Shown here: positions 25,195 to 39,153 of the stretch, in pieces
Layout: each line of letters starts with the position of its first letter
Numbering within the stretch: the stretch's first letter is position 1
NCBI GenBank assembly: GCA_028534125.1
Contig: CM052817.1
Location: forward strand, 19,408,001-19,472,000
Source: Lama glama
Lineage: Eukaryota
Direction of reading: 5' to 3'
DNA: 64,000 nt
Made by a program: the position numbers and the translations under genes
Notes under the pieces: generated by a model
The model's database searches: none
What the model was told of the DNA's origin: nothing
Seen by the model: the letters and a program-made list of their open reading frames with translations, nothing else

Positions 25195-25634
25195 CTTATT
25201 GCAGCAATGCCCCCAACTTATCCCAGGCACTCCCGAGCCACATTTTAGGGAACCGTCCCCACACTGATTCTGGGCTTGACAAGTAACTTTGCTGGACTAA
25301 CGAGACAGTAGCGAAACTGATGAAAGCTTGGAAAGAGATTTCTCATTGGTGTTGTGAACAAGGCCAAACTAGATTCCTTGAATATGAGAGGCCACAGTGA
25401 GTCAAACTAAGGCCCCTCAGCTGACTGTCGGCTACCCCTCGCTGAGCTGGCAACCATGTGCAGATCCAAGATGGAGACCCAGGCAAGATCAGCTGATCCT
25501 GGCCCAGATCAACCAAACCGTGTTGTTGGGCCAGGCTAGCTTGTTAATTCTCTGAACAATAAGCTAAACGAATGTTATTTTCTTAAACCACTAGATTTTA
25601 GGGTGATTTATTATGCTACAAAGTGAACAAACAC
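25195..25634 (+). mobile_element. MaLR LTR, MLT1F/G/H-like
   Basis: tgattctgggcttgac...tgagaggccac...ctggcccaga...taaaccactagattttagggtgatttattatgc...aacaca. Left boundary approximate. Confidence 0.65.
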
Positions 25635-27162
25635 AGAAACCAACAATTTAAGTATGTAGATAATACTCAACTATGCTAGTTCTCTACTCTCATAAATTTC
25701 TTGTGGAAATTAAATTACTACAAGGTTTACCACGTCCAGAGCCTTGAAGCTTCAAATATAATCTGATATAGTTCACATTAAAATACAACAGACTTTGAAT
25801 ATTCTAATACATGATTGTTTAAATAAAATGGAGCCTAAATAAAAATCGTATATGTTTAACCTTTTATGATTATGAAATATTTTTTCAGATCTGAATGACA
25901 TTTTTAGAAAGAGTTTTTTTTTATTATTTGTCTTTGTACTCTTAAAATAATATGAAGACATTACAAGTAATGTTGAAATAGTTTGTAGTTTTGCCTCTTT
26001 AATTACTTAAACTCGATCTTTCCCATGGTACTACATTAGGTTACGTGTGTGTGCTTTTTAATATATTTGAGAAGAGTTTGAAAAAGCTTAGAAGTAAATC
26101 TTCGGGTGATTTCAGCTCTTACGCCCTCCAAATAAATCCCAAATACCACTAATATCTTAGAAACTTTGTTTTATTTTTCTATTTTAGAAACTAAGCAAAA
26201 TTATAATCCTTTAACAACTTCCCAAGTCTCTTGAAAATATTCCAAAATATATAGGAAACTTAAAATAACTCTAGCCAATAAACTGAGAGTGGAATTTGGC
26301 CTCTTTGCCTCTCCAGAATGGGTTTAACTCTTTCCAGTATGCACAAGGCATATTAATACATGCAAATGCCCAATAAAGGCCTGGCTATTTGGAACCACAT
26401 ACTCTATTTTAGGATAGCTTTAAAAAAATTCTTGGTTTTCTTGATTTCCAAAACAAATTGTCTTAAGGTTACTTAGTATTGGTATTTAATTATATGTAAT
26501 AAATGTTGTGAGTTTTGTTTTTGAGAATGAGTAAATTTCAAACAATAAGTAATGTATTTCACTTAAAGGATAAATACATTCCAAAACACTGTCAATCTAA
26601 TGTTCTAATTAACTAGAACTCATTGCGATTGCAAACTCTTTGGCTGTTGGCCAGAGTTTTAAAATTCTACACCAGTTTTCACAGCACTGTATTATGAAAA
26701 TCTTGTGTATTCAAGCAATTGTTTTGCTTTTACTAGCCCGCATTTCTGAGAACTTTTCTTAACCTCGAATTCAGTAAACCAATACAGACGTTTTTAATTT
26801 TATAATTTTAAAATTTTATAAATATTTTTATAAAAATGGTTTGAATTCATAACAGTGGATGTGAGGTTTTAATAATAACCCTGGCAATGCTAAATATACA
26901 GAGTCCTTTAGCATTTTTAGGTGATATATCTTCCTTGGAAAGTTACTTAAGGATTTTCTTTTACAGAAAATCATATAGGCTGCACTCTCCTGAGTTATAA
27001 TTGCTAAAGACAAAATGTAAGTGGGTTTTGTGTATCTGTTCACATCATAATCTATGAGAGCTATTGGTAAGAAATTCATTATAGAGATTGTGAGCTAGAT
27101 AGTTTGTAGGAAGAGTTCAAGATCCCTGCCCTGTAGTTAGTTATCAGTGTAGGAGACATATA

Positions 27163-27571
27163 TGTTATGTAGTTAGATAAGTGGGGGCACTGGGCAGATG
27201 AAGTGGAAAAGAGGGAGAAAGGTCCAGAAGATGGCTTTATGCCCACCTTCTGCAGAAAGGGGCTTTGCTTCCTCTAAATGAGTGCCAGCAAGAAACAGGT
27301 TAGAACCTGACAGCTGCACCTGCGCGGTAGTGACAAGGACCTAACTGGACATGACCCTATGCTCATGTAACATAATTAGCATTAGGGTTTAGGTTCCCTC
27401 CCATGGGTTTTTCTGTGTGCATCATGGGTAAGGACATGTGCAGAAGGGGACTAGCATGACTGAGCACTCCAGGGGCAAGAGCCAACGATCAAGGGGCCAC
27501 CTCTAAGCACAGGTGTAAGAGAAGTGGCAAACAAAGACCACTGCTATCTGCCCTTGAATCAGCCTGCCTCC
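27163..27571 (+). mobile_element. ERV1-class LTR (same family as 11377-11918), truncated by assembly gap
   Basis: Starts TGTTATGTAGTTAGATA. Shares ctctaaatgagtgcca, ataattagc, tttttctgtgtgcatc and ctgagcactc with the reverse complement of 11377-11918. Confidence 0.85.
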
Positions 27572-27671
27572 NNNNNNNNNNNNNNNNNNNNNNNNNNNNN
27601 NNNNNNNNNNNNNNNNNNNNNNNNNNNNNNNNNNNNNNNNNNNNNNNNNNNNNNNNNNNNNNNNNNNNNNN
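27572..27671. other. Assembly gap (100 N)
   Basis: Run of exactly 100 N, a typical placeholder length. Confidence 1.

Positions 27672-27726
<55 letters not shown>
27672..27726. repeat. (TA)n microsatellite abutting the gap
   Basis: Direct reading. Confidence 0.97.
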
Positions 27727-27729
<3 letters not shown>

Positions 27730-27814
27730 AAAATGAATATGCTAGCACATTTATATGTAAAATATTCCACTTGTTCTTAGACTTTCTCTTTGACCATCAA
27801 AGTAACAATTGATA

Positions 27815-27930
27815 TTTAAGTATTACATGCCAAGTGTGCTAAGTGCTTTATACCTTTATTTACCTAATACATTTATTAAGTGAGTTCTATCATTATTACC
27901 ATTTTACACTTGGTGCCCGAGGCAGCAAAG
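27815..27930 (-). mobile_element. MIR fragment
   Basis: tttaagtattacatgccaagtgtgctaagtgctttatac...cattattaccattttac. Confidence 0.6.
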
Positions 27931-30900
27931 CTAGTACTGTCTGGATCATTAGTCAAACACTGGTTGTCTAACACAAAAAGCATACTCTTTATCCAAGTGA
28001 AATTTGTAGAGATACAGTGAAATATTCATTCAAAAACTTCCTATAGTGTCCAACTACTTGAGTGAATTTATACTACTGCAGATTTTAAACTGCATTTGGC
28101 TTAAAATGATGCAGAGATGGAAAAAAAGGCAACGAGCAGATAATGAGGCCATGATTCTGTCATTTGTTCAAGCTGATAAATTATTTGCCACTTCTGTCAG
28201 CATTTTTTTTAAATTGGCTTGGCAAAAGAATTAGTATAAAGTCTGAATGTTTAATTTTCCTGAATTGTCCATCAAATCTGGTAGGTTCAATCTGTCCTGT
28301 ATCGAGAGAGGCCATCCACAGGCAAAATAATTGTTATTTTCTATTACTCATTTTTATAAAATAATCAAGTATGCCAAGGGTAGAAAAGTACATACTTTTC
28401 ATTCATTTTGTAAAAGAAGATTAGGAGGAAGGATTCATGAGCATTTCAGGAGTAATTGAGAGGGGCAAAGCACAGATTTGATTTCTCTACCAGTAAGGCT
28501 TTTTAGGTAAAACAGGATTTTAGAAGTTTTCAGTAACATAATGGTGATGATAGCTGTAAAGGCAAAGTTAGAGAAGAGGGGACATTTCACAGCTGGGGCA
28601 AAATGATCTGGTATTGTTGAGTATCATTCTGTGTGATGCTTTGAAGTTCAGCCTGCTTTAGTTTGTAATATAATCAAGCAGGAAGGCATTGTTGATCTTT
28701 AATTAAAAGTGTGTCACAAGCAACTTAACACAATGATGTAACTTAAGTAACTTTTACACTGGTGCTAACCACAATTATTAATATGGGGAAAACTGCCAAA
28801 AGAGGCAAAAATACAAAGAGAAATCTTTTGTCTTGTTTTTGTTTTCATATAATGATCTGAACACATTCTCTGTGTAATTTAAGTATAAATAAAAGCTATA
28901 AAACTCCTTTAGGATGTTTTGGTAGATTTCTTCAAAGTCCCCCAAAATTCATTCTTTAAAGTCAGTTACTCTTCAAAGAGTCCGTTTTCTAACTTGAAAC
29001 ATCTATGGTAATGCTGTGGATTATTTTTAGTCGATTCTAACTCATGTTATTTTTGAGAACATAAGGAAAGTTTATTGTGTGATAAAATTGGAAATCACAG
29101 GATGTGTATTATGTCAGAAAGTGATGGCAGATAAATGTCTGATAAGAATACCTATTATGAAGAGAGATGAAACTGAAACATAATAGACAAGAGCCATTTT
29201 AAGAAAATAAATTACATCTTATTCTACATTCTCATGTTCTTTCTCTTTGCCGCAGATATTATATGCTCTATTTCTGTTCATAAATGTTATTTAATGCAGT
29301 ATAAAGGTTCACATTTGCTATTCCATATTTTTTTGCATCATAGCACAATATTAACTGAAGACTGCCTACTGATAGGAGAGCATGTTCATTGAATTTTTCA
29401 AGCAATTTCATTTTCTTTCAGAGATGTGCAAAAAGAAGGCAAAGATTTAGAGAGCCTTATTTGTCATTAGTTCACTTGTCACTGATAAAGATGACACTAT
29501 CTAGGAGCTATTGCAGATTGCAGATCATGACCTACTTTGTGATTCCAATTTAACCCTTAGGGTGAATTGGTTAACTCTTATCAACTAGGACCTAAAAGTC
29601 AATTTCAAACTGATGAAACTGATATGTAGTTGTGATAATTCCAGAAATACAGAGCTGGAAAATTCTGGAATGAATTTATAACTAAGCATCTGGATTCAGT
29701 CCCCTGTCACTAATTTTAATAATGAAACTTGCAGATTCAGTTTAAAAGATATGTATATATACTTTTTTTGTTGTCACATCCTTGTCCTTTTAACAGATTC
29801 TCATAGGACCTGGTGCTTACCTAACCTAAGATTTGTCAAGTTGTACTGTTGTTGCCTGTTTATTTGTCTGTCTCTCCTACTAGACTGATGTGCTTGGAGG
29901 GACTTCATCAGTCACAATTGTTGTGAAATGAAAGGAAGGAAGGAAGGTAGGAAGGAGTGGAAGAAAATAGGGAGGATGAAAAGAAAAGACAATGAAAATA
30001 GAGATGAGCCTCAAGAAGAATGAATCAAAGTCTAATTCTTAAAATATGTAAAGAAAAGGAGCAGGCAACTTTCGGTGAGGAAATCTAGTATTAATCATTT
30101 GTACACAGGTGTTTATGAAGGGTAAGTAAGTGTTCATAGTAAGAAATATGCAATGCTGGTAAATGAAAGCAGCTGTAATGAAAGATGGATTTGGGGATGG
30201 TTGATTGTTGACACAAGATTAATGATGATGGTGGTGGTGGTGGTGGTGATAGAAAAGAAGAAATTTAAATAATAGCTTTGAATTTAGGGTAGGAAATTTC
30301 TGTCAGTAAAGTTTTACGAAACTTCCAAAAAACTCTTTAATCTTTTAGAAATATATTGTAAAATCTGCCCTAAGTGTAATAAATTAATTCATACTAGGAG
30401 AACTTGGAGACCAAGACTCTTATGTTTGTGACTGTTTTGAAGTGCTACAATGTGCTTTATATATAGGGAGAGATTTCGAAGATTATTGAACCCAAAAATC
30501 AGAAAATAAAACATTTCAACAGCCTTTAAAAAATCAAAACCTGGGGAACACACTCTCTCTACATAAGCACACACCTTATTAACATACCCTTAGGTATTTA
30601 CTATATATACATATATATATAAAATATATATACTTTAAGTAAATATATATAAAAGATATCTTTCCTCCCCATTTGAATAAGAGCATTAATTCTACAGAGA
30701 AGTACTCAAGGCCATCAACTAAATATAATGAGAGGAAAATATACTACGATCTTGTTAATGAGTATGTCAAAACATACTCCTATAAGCTGTCACTCAACTA
30801 ATTTTCTTACTAGCTATCAGCAGATTGGGGCTTGTCAAGACTTGGGTAAAACAATGAAAATCAAGGAATTTTAAAGTGCATATAAAGTCTGTTAAAATAT

Positions 30901-31509
30901 TTTTTCTTTATTTCCTTTTATATCACGCCATTGTAATCCATTTCTTAGAAGAATTTGCAAGCTAGTATGCTTTTTACACATATTTAAAGACAAAAATAAG
31001 TCTTCACTAGATCAGCTCCACCTAAGAAGTGCAAACTTGCTCTCATCTTTCGTCATACAACAAAATCTTTTTTTTTTTTTTTGGTAACAGCAATCTTTCA
31101 TCATTACTTTTTGTTAAGATTATGCACATTTAATTAAAAGAATTGTTTTGAATTTCAGCCTTTTTTAAAGTAAGACTCCATTTCCGGTTACATCAGTTGG
31201 AATAGGAATCTTAAAGCACAGTCTTCCTAGTAAGATGATGGTTGCTCAGGGACCAGCAGCATCTTTTGTTCTTCTTGACTTTCAAAGCAATTCAGGCCCA
31301 CAGTTCTTCTGATACCTTGGCTGAAATCATCTTTTTTTTTTTTTTTGCAGTAGATAAAAAACATCTGAAATGACCTCAATGCATTCTCATCTCCAAGGAA
31401 AAATTCTTTTACACCATGACAAATTTTTCTGGGGCACGAGAAACTCAACACAGCAAAAATATAAATTGTTTTGCCTTCTGAACCTAGTATATACAAATAT
31501 GGGTCAATA

Positions 31510-31760
31510 TGAGGCAGTGCAATATAATAGTTAACAGCACAGAGTGTGTGATTACACCGCCTGGGCAGGATTACTGATTCTACCACTACTTAGATGCGTG
31601 ATCTGAGGCAAGTTACTCAGCCTCTCTCTGCCTCATTTTTTTCCATCTAGTTCTTCTGGTTGTTATGAACATTAAGGAAGTCAGTATACATTAAATGAGT
31701 TAATTTTTGGAACAGTCCCTGGTACATAAGAAACTTTCAGTATGTGTTTGCTATTATTTT
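31510..31760 (+). mobile_element. MIR
   Basis: taccactacttagatgcgtgatctgaggcaagttactcagcctctctctgcctcatttt matches the MIR core, with an ...acagtccctggtacata tail. Confidence 0.75.
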
Positions 31761-32697
31761 AAATACAGAGATTTTTGTTATACATTATTGGTGATAGACC
31801 ATTTTTAAACTTCTAGTGTTAGCTGAATTTGGGTGCTGAATAACTATTAGTTCCTTTTTCACTCTTCCACTCTTCTCTGCTTCATAGAAAATATACAAGT
31901 TAATGGATATGAAATCTATTTTGTAATGGCTTGTCTCTCTGAAATAACTGTATTACAATGACCCCTCAGCAATTGATCAGACAGGCTTATAAATATTAAT
32001 TAACTATCATTTCTGTGCTAGATTTTAAAACATGAATATTTTCAATTCGTTTACATGCACAATTTGGGGGCAATACACAGCAAATAATTTGCTTATATTG
32101 ATATAAAAATATTTAATTCTGGAGAATTAATAATAAAATAGACCCAAGTTGTATATGTAGACATGATTGTATGTGAGGCACTCTTAAGACGGTTACAAGC
32201 ACAGTGAAGCTGCAATAAATCACCCCCAAAATGTTAAATTCCTCAGAGAGAGGAATTTCTCTCGCTGTAAAGTTGCTCTTTTCTTATGGCTTGGAATTCC
32301 CAAAGAAGACTATTCTAGGGTCCAGCTGGGGAAGGTCACATTCATAAATCATGGATTTCCAATTCATACTCTCTTAGGAAACAAGATCATTTAACTTGGA
32401 AAGAAAACTGCACCACAACTAGTAGTTTTCAGTTAAAATTTCCTTCAGCTTCTGCAGCATTTGAAACCCAAATAAAACCTAAAGAGCAACCCATTTGAGA
32501 ATGAAAGTGACAGATGAATGTAAGGAGATGAAAAGATGGAACTGGGGCAGAAGGAGGTCAAATAACCTTAATTGATCCATTCAACCCACTTTCTTTCCTT
32601 TTATTTATTTTTTTATGGCAGCCAATATCTGTAATCCTTAGTCATGTTGAGACACTTTTCTAGTACTTTTTATTCTTTAATAATAACATCGTAGATA

Positions 32698-32830
32698 CAG
32701 CAGGCCTTCTGTATCCTCAGGTTTGCATCTGCAGTTATTGGAGGAGGGGGTGGTCCAACTGTACTATGCCATTTTGTATAAAGAACTTGAGTATCTGCTG
32801 ATTTTAGTATGGGAGGGTCCTGGAACCATT
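32698..32830. mobile_element. Tigger/MER2-type TcMar MITE fragment
   Basis: TA|CAGCAGGCCTTCTGTATCC start. acttgagtatctgctgattttagtatgggagggtcctggaacca resembles the MER2/Tigger3 subterminal block. Confidence 0.65.
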
Positions 32831-33134
32831 GCTTCATTATCTGAAACAATAAACATGCATTTCCTTTTAGTTAATTCTAAAGCATATTAATCCCTTGACT
32901 TTTAAAATATCTTCAGAACAAAAACTAAATAACAAGATTCCACATCATGCTTTGTCCTCTGTAAGTTGACCAATCAATCTATTATACCTATTAATAAGGC
33001 CGTCAGTAAAGTCCCTTTGAACTTGGGATGTAGTAAGGGTAGCTCACGTCGCATATTTACAAACGTGCATCGAAATCTAGTATTTTAAAGACTCCGTAAA
33101 CAGTATTCACTTAGTAAATTCTCACAATGTTCTT

Positions 33135-33330
33135 ACTACGTCGCAATCTAAGTGATAAGTATGTTATTAACATAGCTCATTTATTCCTCAATCTTTTTAT
33201 ATGATTAAAATTTTATTATCTTCATTTAATAAATGAGGAAAGCAAAATACTTGAAGATTAAGGACTTTGCCTAAGTCCTTAACTGAATAATATTCAGAAC
33301 TTGGCAGTTTGACTCGTTTATACTCTTAAG
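33135..33330 (-). mobile_element. MIR fragment
   Basis: ctcatttattcctca...attatcttcatttaataaatgaggaaa...ggactttgcctaagtc. Confidence 0.55.
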
Positions 33331-33439
33331 GTGCTAGCATGCTGCTTCTCCGTCAGCAACAGCAGAACTGCATGACGCTGTCCTTGAAACTAATCTTGGG
33401 GCTTGTTCCTTATTGTGATTTTATATTTAATTGTTTTTA

Positions 33440-33590
33440 AAGAGGTCTGTATTAACCAGGATAAGAATCACATCTGTCTTTGTCTTCTTGAGTCATTAGT
33501 GCTTAACCTGGTATCTGGTAAATGGTTGGTGTCATATAATTACTTATTTATTAAATGAATAATTTAACAAGAAGAAATGAATGAATAATT
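33440..33590 (+). mobile_element. L2 3' end fragment
   Basis: tagtgcttaacctggtatctggtaaatggttggtg...taaatgaat...aatgaatgaa. Confidence 0.5.
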
Positions 33591-33970
33591 CTGAAAAGCT
33601 AATTATTCAGTTTTCTGAAACATGACTTATAATAGGGAACTCATAATTCAAAAGTCAATCAATTTCCAAAAAAAATAATCAATATTGCTAACTGTGACAA
33701 TATAACCCTTCATCTTTTACATTTGGCTACTTTTCTTGCTTCACACTATTTCTTTCTTACTACTCAGATAATTTAGTTTATCTTCAATTACTACTGCTCA
33801 AGTCTACCTTATTTTTATTTTTATACCCAGTCTTGGCCCCGTTAGAAATATTTGAATCAGTATTCAAGAAAGTAGAATGAGAGTAAGACATGGGAAAGTT
33901 GGGACTAATGTAATAGACTATTTCCTTTTCAAGTATCCAATCTTATCTTACAGTAAAATATGTTCCCCAT

Positions 33971-34309
33971 TGCTGTGGTCTGAACTTTCCCCCAAAATTC
34001 GTATGTTGACTTCTAACCCCCAATGATGATGGTTTTAGGAGGTGGGGCATTTGGGAGGTGATTAAGTCATGAAGGTAGAGCCCTTATGAGTGGGGCTAGT
34101 GTTCTTCTCAAAGAGACCCAACAGACTTGCTGGCCCTTTACACCATGTGCAGACACAGGGAGAAACTCAGTCTGTGAGCCAGGAGGGAGCCCTCACCAGA
34201 AGCTGACAATGCTAGCACCCTGACTTTGAAATTCCACCTCTCCAGAGCTGTGAGAAATCAATTTCTCAGTCTGTAGTATTTTGTTACAGCAACCAGAATG
34301 ACTAAGATG
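33971..34309 (+). mobile_element. MaLR LTR, MLT1A0-like
   Basis: tgctgtggtctgaa...cccccaaaattcgtatgttga...ggaggtggggcatttgggaggtgatta...gccctcaccaga...gtattttgttacagca...gactaaga. Confidence 0.88.
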
Positions 34310-34583
34310 ATCACATATTATATAATATATTAACTACACAAATATATATTTACACATCTCATTCCCTCATTCATTCATTCAACAAGTGTTTTTTTCTTTA
34401 AATACTAAGATATACTGGAGATATAGTATAGTCAGCACAATAACAAAAAAAAATCTGCCCTTTTAAAGCTCATATAGAAGAGAATAAAAGTTTGTAAAAC
34501 CTAAAATGACAATATAATAATTTTTAAAAAAACTATATATATCAATCTAAGACATAATTTAGTTTATTTTTAGAGACTATTTA

Positions 34584-34649
<66 letters not shown>
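34584..34649. repeat. Compound (TAG)n(TAA)n microsatellite
   Basis: Direct reading. Confidence 0.97.
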
Positions 34650-34653
<4 letters not shown>

Positions 34654-36003
34654 AATAAACTAGAAACAATTTTAAATGTCCCTACTTTATAAGATTGGGC
34701 CCTCCTTCCTTATCTCTGATCACCTGGTACTACACAGCCAAGTTCAGGTTGCTTCTTCCACTAGAATAGGACAAAGAGGAAACAATGTTTGTCATATAAA
34801 CCTGGTGCAATTCTAAATCCACCCGGGATTGCATTGATGATTTCTATTTGTTCTGGAAGCATGATTGTTTTTACTGCCCTCCTGAGCCTCAGGTCCACCC
34901 CACACATTTGTACAAATTGTATCCTCTTCAAGGGCTCCCAGCCAAGAGGGCAGGAGTGGCGGCTGCAATCTAGCTGCAGGCTTGCTTGGCAGACATGACC
35001 TTCAGCACGAGGCTGCGTCAACCTGGAAGAAGGGATTCTTTGCTGTAATTGATCATCTTAAAGGGAGCTCCTTTTTCCCAGTTGGTCTGCCAGAGAAGAC
35101 TCCTTTTAGTAAAGTATCCTCCTAGATTGAGCACTGTTTTCTGACACCGTCCCTGCTGGCAACCCTGCTGAGCCTGTCACTATCTCTTCCAGACACTTGC
35201 ACGGTATTTCCATTATCTTTATCCTCACTTTACCATTGTCTTATGAGTTGACATCTTCAGTAAACCCTCCTGGAAGTCAGTGTTTAAATTAATGCTCTTA
35301 TAGCTGTGTGTGTTCTTGACATTTTTCATATTTACCTGTTCATGTGCATGAGTTTGTTTTCCCTAACAAAGCAGTGGGACTAAAAGTAGGAAATGAGATA
35401 GAGAAGTTGGGAGGATGATGAAATATTGGCCTGGATGGGTATCGAATTCGAATCATAATTTTCTGCATTTCTATTTACAGTGTGAAAAGAAGGGAAAAAT
35501 TATAGATCCTGAGTAACCAAATTACTATTATAAACATGACTGGATGTTTAATAAACTTACTGGCTGAACAAGCTTTGTTACTTGAAATGATAGCAAAAAT
35601 AATATAACAACTCATAAGTTTGTTGTTTTCATGAAATGAGGTATTGAATGTGAAATTCTTAGCAAGGTGCCTGGCAGACAGAGTTCAAAGAAATTAGGTA
35701 TTTTTAAACTACTATATACAGGCATTGTCATAGTGGGGAAAAAGAGCCCTTACAGCTAGACCGTGATAGGCTGCATAAATTATCACCCCCAGTCCTCAGT
35801 TTGTGGATCCCAAGATTAAGGGATGCACTTGAGCTCTTAGGTGATCTTTCAAAACTTAAAATTCTGTTGTTTTATAGCAAGAAATGGTAGACATGAGAAA
35901 GAAAAGAAAATGAAGTTTAACACTAGCAAAAAAATGACCAAGATTTTGGTTGGGTGAGAAACCGTATAAAAACATTTTAAACTGAGAATATAAAAGTAAA
36001 ACC

Positions 36004-36348
36004 TGTTAAAAGATGAATTGAGACATATTAAAAAATGTAAGAGTTTATTTGAGCAAAATCCATTCCAAATGGGCAGCAATGAATGGGAAGTGGATAGAAG
36101 GGCTTCGCAGATGGGAACTCCCTCCACCCCCACCTCCAATGGAGTGGAGGGTAAGGAGAGATTTTTATAGAAGAAAGACAGAAGCAAAGTAAGAAAATTA
36201 TCAATTTTGGTTTTCCAAATTATCAAGTTGGTTTTCAATTTCATGACATTGAGGCATTTTCAAGTTCAGTGTTTGATCTTCTTCTGCAGGTTACCATCTC
36301 ATTAGAGCCACCTCAGTCTAATGTCCGCCTTGTTTAATTGGTTTAACA
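36004..36348 (-). mobile_element. ERV1-class solo LTR
   Basis: TGTTAAAA...TTTAACA termini. Minus-strand AATAAA near the left end and TATA-like tttttata. Shares tgggcagca and terminal motifs with 58562-58950. Confidence 0.65.
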
Positions 36349-37667
36349 AGCTTTTGTTCAGGAACAGTGAGAAACTTACTTTTATAAGATAAATGATCAC
36401 TTTAAAAGGAAGCATCTGCCCCTGACCCCCCGGTAAAATGCAGACTACCTAGAATTGTGACTGATTCTAATTTTAAAATATAACTCATATTGTGTTTAAA
36501 TTGAGCATCTTAAAATTAAAGTTAGTCCTGCATAAGCTACGCTCACAGTTTTGACAGTAAATGCTTTTGTCATTAATTTTAGAAGAAATCCTAAAAGATA
36601 CTTGGGGTCAATGACGTGCCACCATGATGACTAGGATTAGTATTTTTTGCTTGTCTTATCGGTAGTAAAATGGACACATCTTAGTGAATCTGAGTTAGTT
36701 AAATCTCATTGAAATGAATTTGGAAAGCTGTCCTCTAAAATATCCCTGCCTGTTTTTTTTTTTCTTTTTTCCTTTCTTTCTTACTTGTTAATCCCTAGAA
36801 AGCTTGGCACATAATTATTCATGTGTAAAGGACAGAAAAGATGGGATTGTGTGATAGAGAACATTGTGACTGCCTCTAAATGTCTCATTTTGCATACCTA
36901 AAATCTGTCTTGACCCCCATCTCTCAGAGTCATCAATAGAATAATTGAAATATTTGAGAAACACCTACCCATTTCAAGTTACAAAGGCTTTATTACTTTG
37001 GCAAGGGTTCCTCTGGCTACAGCAAATCTAAAATGTGGATGGGAGAAATGTGTTAGTGTTTGCAAAAATCGGTGCTGCTAAATTGTTTCTTTAAATAAAA
37101 TCGAAGTCAGCAAAAATGTGGTTCTACAGCTGCTGTTTCACAGTGAGTTCCACTGCCTACCAGAGTAGAAGAATTTTTAAGCTTTTATAGGAGAATCTAC
37201 TTCTGTTTTGTTAATTATTCCTTTTTTCATATTCACCATGAAAAAAAAAAGAAACGTAGTTTTTACAAATCTCACTTTCTTGGAAGTTGATGACACTGGA
37301 AAAAAAAGAAGAGTAGTGTTCTTGTCTGGGATATCTATAAAGTCAAGGCTTAATTTTTGCATGGAATTTATGTGAATATTATATCAAGTGTTAAAAAAAT
37401 GTGGTCAGTACTCTTTGGTTTATTATAAATTGGTTTTCACTTGAAATGCTTTATATAGTATAATAAATTGATTGCCACTGTATATTGGTTTGTGTTTATA
37501 ATATATTGGATTGACTGAATAATAAATCTTTCTTTTCAGCAATTACTTTTATTGGTGTGAGTAAATTATACTGGATTCACAGTGAGTCAAAATGCTTTGC
37601 ATATAAATTATACTATCTTTGGTCAGGTGATGTTGAATTTAACACTTAATTTAAAGATTGGAGAAAT

Positions 37668-37704
<37 letters not shown>
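37668..37704. repeat. (CA)n microsatellite
   Basis: Direct reading. Confidence 0.95.
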
Positions 37705-38219
37705 TGCATATCTGTGAATATTGCATCTCTTATGACAATTATATCATTTTTTGCCAGTAACAATCATTCACTCCAAAGCACAATAATAAACTTGAAGAGA
37801 TTTGATTAAATTATATAAATCTTTTCATGCTCTATACCAGTTTGTGTTTCAATGTTTGGTGTAAAAGCTGCACTGACTGAATGTGTTTTATTGTTACTGT
37901 GAACTTTATCAAGGTGTGTAGTACATGAAAAATCACATTTCAGTACAATATAAGGAAGAATATTTTTAAAATTATAGCTTTGCAAAAATAGGAATTGCCT
38001 CAATATTTTTGTGATCATACAAAATGGCTATGTCTAATAACAATATGATATTTATTTGCAGCTCAAATTTTTGCACTTGTTAAAAGTTTGATTTAGGTGG
38101 CATTCCTTTAAAATCTTCACAGATTCTATTATTTTCTGCAGTTTATGTAATTTTATAATTCCTAAATATCACTACCTATTTAATTATTTCAGTCTACATT
38201 AAATCAGTAACAGTTTTGT

Positions 38220-38288
38220 GCCTACTGTATTGGATATCACAGATATAGAATATTTCCATTGTTGCAGAAGTTTCCACAAGACAGCATT
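38220..38288. mobile_element. MER3/MER33-like hAT-Charlie terminal fragment
   Basis: tgtattggatatcacagatatagaatatttccattgttgcagaagttt...gacagca resembles the MER3 end. Confidence 0.6.
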
Positions 38289-38624
38289 CATTAAAAACAA
38301 AGAACTTTAGCAATAGATTTGTTATAATTTAGCATTTGTTACTCTGAATTATTCCATGGCATGTTACATCAAGTGTTAGATAAATGATTTTTTTTAAGTA
38401 ATAAGATAATGGATTATTTAAAAAAGACTATGCTAGACAAAGTTAAACAGTTTTATTAGCTCAGGATTCAATAGACCCATAATAAATTTAATGTGTTTGA
38501 ACACTGTGGCTCTTAAAGAGGTTGTATGTTATATAATATTTCAAAAATTTATATAACTGTAAGAGTGCCACATCTCCTTATTTTTCTTTTGAAGAGTCTC
38601 TTTTAGAATCACATCTGTGAAATA

Positions 38625-38829
38625 TGTTATTTTATTTTATTTTTATTTTTTAACTTTTTTATTGAGTTATAGTCATTTTACAATGTTATGTTCCAGTGTA
38701 GAGCACAATTTTTCAGTTATACATGAACATACATATATTCATTGTCACAATTTTTTTTGCTCTGAGCTACCACAAGAACTTGTATATATTTCCCTGTGCT
38801 ATACAGTATAATCTTGTTTATCTATTTTA
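38625..38829 (-). mobile_element. L1 3' end, young lineage-specific type
   Basis: T-rich tail, then ttattgagttatagtcattttacaatgtt...tttccctgtgctatacagtataatcttgtttatctatt. Confidence 0.85.
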
Positions 38830-39072
38830 ACAACTATCAAAGAGAGGGAAATTTTTATATTATGGAAAATATTTGCATCAAGATATTTACATCATGCTCA
38901 TATTAGGTCGTTATGATTCTATTTTATGAAATTCTTTATTGCATTAATGGGATCTTCTTAACTACTATAACCTTTAGCAGATACCTATTATCAAATAAGA
39001 AAATGAATGGCATCAAATAGAAACTAATATCCCAATGTACTACTATTCATTAAATAAATAGACTGTATTTCT

Positions 39073-39153
39073 TTTTTTATTGCATTGTGACTGACTTACA
39101 ATATTATATTAATTTCAGGTGTACAACATAGTGATTCAATATTTTTATAAACC
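39073..39153 (-). mobile_element. Extremely 5'-truncated L1 3' terminus
   Basis: ttttttattg...acaatattatattaatttcaggtgtacaacatagtgattc. 15-bp TSD atagact(g/a)tatttct at 39058-39072 and 39154-39168. Confidence 0.85.

Noticed and set aside
35849..36244. Longest ORF (131 aa, hydrophobic)
   Set aside because: It straddles an LTR boundary and A-rich flank. The hydrophobicity reflects T-rich codons.
37806..38018. Possible hAT transposase C-terminal relic (KIL..F...Y, FTPNIE)
   Set aside because: The resemblance is too weak to call by eye and needs a TBLASTN or Dfam search.
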